From: Strigamia acuminata
Lineage: Eukaryota
DNA length: 64,000 nt
Assembly: GCA_949358305.1 (NCBI GenBank)
Contig: OX442314.1
Span: forward strand, 2,666,001 to 2,730,000
Direction of reading: 5' to 3'
Numbering within the stretch: the stretch's first letter is position 1; every line of letters begins with the position of its first letter. The notes beneath the pieces are model-generated. The model did not search any database and was not told where the DNA came from. It saw only the letters and a list, made by a program, of their open reading frames with translations. Of the stretch, positions 63,301-64,000 are shown piece by piece. Position numbers and translations under genes: made by a program.

Positions 63301-63711
63301 TTCCTAACTGGGAAAAGACTTACAACAATACCAACTTCAAGTAAATTACCTGATATGAAGACCAATGTCATCAAGTTATGGCATCAGAAACAGCACATTT
63401 TGGGGTCCTTCTGGCGACGATGGCGCAAGGAATATCTACTAGACTTGTCTTCATTCCACCAGAGAAAACAACCCAAACCGGGACCATTGGTTGAGGTTGG
63501 AGAAATTGTACTGATTTCTAACGAAAATTGCCCACGTCATTTGTGGAAAACAGGAAGAATTACAGCAATCATCGAAGGAAGAGATGGGAAGATTAGATCA
63601 TGCACGATCAAAACAACAACAGGTCAAGAGATACGCAGACCCATACAACTCATCCACCCATTAGAATTGAACTTGCGTCAAGATGGGGAGTGTGAGGGAA
63701 TGCAGAATTGA
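60361..63711 (+). CDS. pol: BEL/Pao pol (RT, RNase H, integrase)
   Basis: YYLPH, RIVFDAS, YVDD, FCDAS, NPAD, GVDFAGP, SDNA, WWGGWWER. Confidence 0.92.
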   Translation: MGLESIGILDNCQQTFTLEEKHTWEQFNSSFQIREGRSVVKLPWKQNAHELQDNYKVAKTRFDALHKRFQRDGDFKTRYCTAMLDYFEKNHVETITPDMMVGEHVYYLPHQAVIKENRQTTKVRIVFDASSHERNSPSLNDSLHTGPNLNPETTATLLRFRTYCNVASGDGSQAFLQVLLHEEDRDATRFIWYNVKRDDDGQLTITDEITTHRFTRLPFGLTCSPFILAATLRAHANLRQEVYPTLNAAIDEDMYVDDFVTGADSLKTVTTIYEEMRNLTAEIQLPMQKWRTNSPHLREKWRSSGESMQEAGKILGIDWNHTTDEIYHNTTEVIKHLHDQPHTKRLVLQIAARIHDPLGLLSPITLRGKTLFQETWVRGLQWDNILPTDLATEWKKWTNGIAEITKISIPRWVGTLYTNPHQLIDMHVFCDASEKAYGAVLYVRCTEDNKTTCNLMISKTRLAPVKKLTIPRLELMAALIGARLYRYFSQAVHLKINKITMWTDSTVTLHWITTETSKWKSFVANRVTEIHKHVNPNDWRHCPGKNNPADLVTRGQSTSGLKQNAIWWHGPEWLTSIEEKWPKWDKQITGLQILKKEAKKNTQPLIVTESHKSEPVDAKRINNYGKIVRITAWMLRFINGCKMRRPEKQELTATEQHAAEKVWIRHIQHTYYDAEIQMLKAGKKLSPNSKIKNFHPFLDNENILRIGGRLQFADATQHEKHPMILHGDDHFVKLLVKQTHEKLYHLGIRSVLAEIRSYYWIQRARHTIKSVIKDCFVCKKMTCKHGSEIEAPLPADRLWESSPFTVTGVDFAGPLYVKMSETTSAKSYIALFTCATTRAIHLELVSNLTQERFLLALQRFFNRRGISTVIYSDNARTFKATDKLLQAIWKNIKAPPTSQYLAQTGVEWKFIAERAAWWGGWWERMVQTTKRCLRKTLGKTRLDSEELMSTLTGVEAAINSRPITYDYNDPQDEEPLTPAHFLTGKRLTTIPTSSKLPDMKTNVIKLWHQKQHILGSFWRRWRKEYLLDLSSFHQRKQPKPGPLVEVGEIVLISNENCPRHLWKTGRITAIIEGRDGKIRSCTIKTTTGQEIRRPIQLIHPLELNLRQDGECEGMQN

Positions 63712-64000
63712 AGATTATTATTATCATTAGTCATTAGTTTGATATTTGTAGTTTTAATTATTGTATTCTTTGCCAATAGTTGGCGCCATGTACCCACAGT
63801 TCAGATTTGTTTATGTTTATGTTTGACTCAAGTTCAGGTTTGGGCTTGACTCAAGTTTTAGTTTTAGTTTTGGTTTTGCCTTAAAATGTAGAAGATGTAG
63901 AATAAATCAGCTCCAAAAACAAGTGGGTTTTGCTTTGTAACACTCAACACAATAAACCCGATTACTTGAAATCAACTTCAACAATAAATGGACAGGACCT

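Larger units (their letters stand above)
58080..63949 (+). mobile_element. BEL/Pao LTR retrotransposon
   Basis: Apparently identical 259-bp LTRs at 58080-58338 and 63691-63949. TSD caata. PBS TGGTGCCGAAAC (tRNA-Phe-like) at 58341. PPT agatggggag. Confidence 0.96.

Overview
AT-rich eukaryotic DNA, most likely from an invertebrate (probably an arthropod), dominated by mobile elements. (1) 5895-23117 is a near-complete ~17.2 kb Polinton/Maverick (adintovirus-like) endogenous virus with 95-bp TIRs. It encodes a protein-primed PolB, double-jelly-roll major capsid, penton, packaging ATPase, retroviral-type chromo-integrase, PLA2, a coiled-coil fibre-like protein and two adenain-like proteases. The PolB carries a tandemly duplicated vOTU-like module with Ser at the catalytic-Cys position in both copies, and two genes appear joined only through -1 shifts on A-runs. 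(2) 27270-57009 (+) is a 17-exon host NMDA-receptor GluN2/Nmdar2-like gene (~1013 aa) with Gly at the pore N/Q/R site. (3) Its intron 2 holds a palindromic Tc1 derivative interrupted by a young Gypsy element with a doubled PBS, an over-long terminal duplication and a spliced Cys-rich non-env third ORF. (4) Its intron 5 holds two nested non-autonomous Copia elements. (5) 58080-63949 is a full-length BEL/Pao element. MITEs, a probable solo LTR, tandem repeats and a claudin-like first exon make up the rest. All calls come from reading motifs by eye; no database searches were run.
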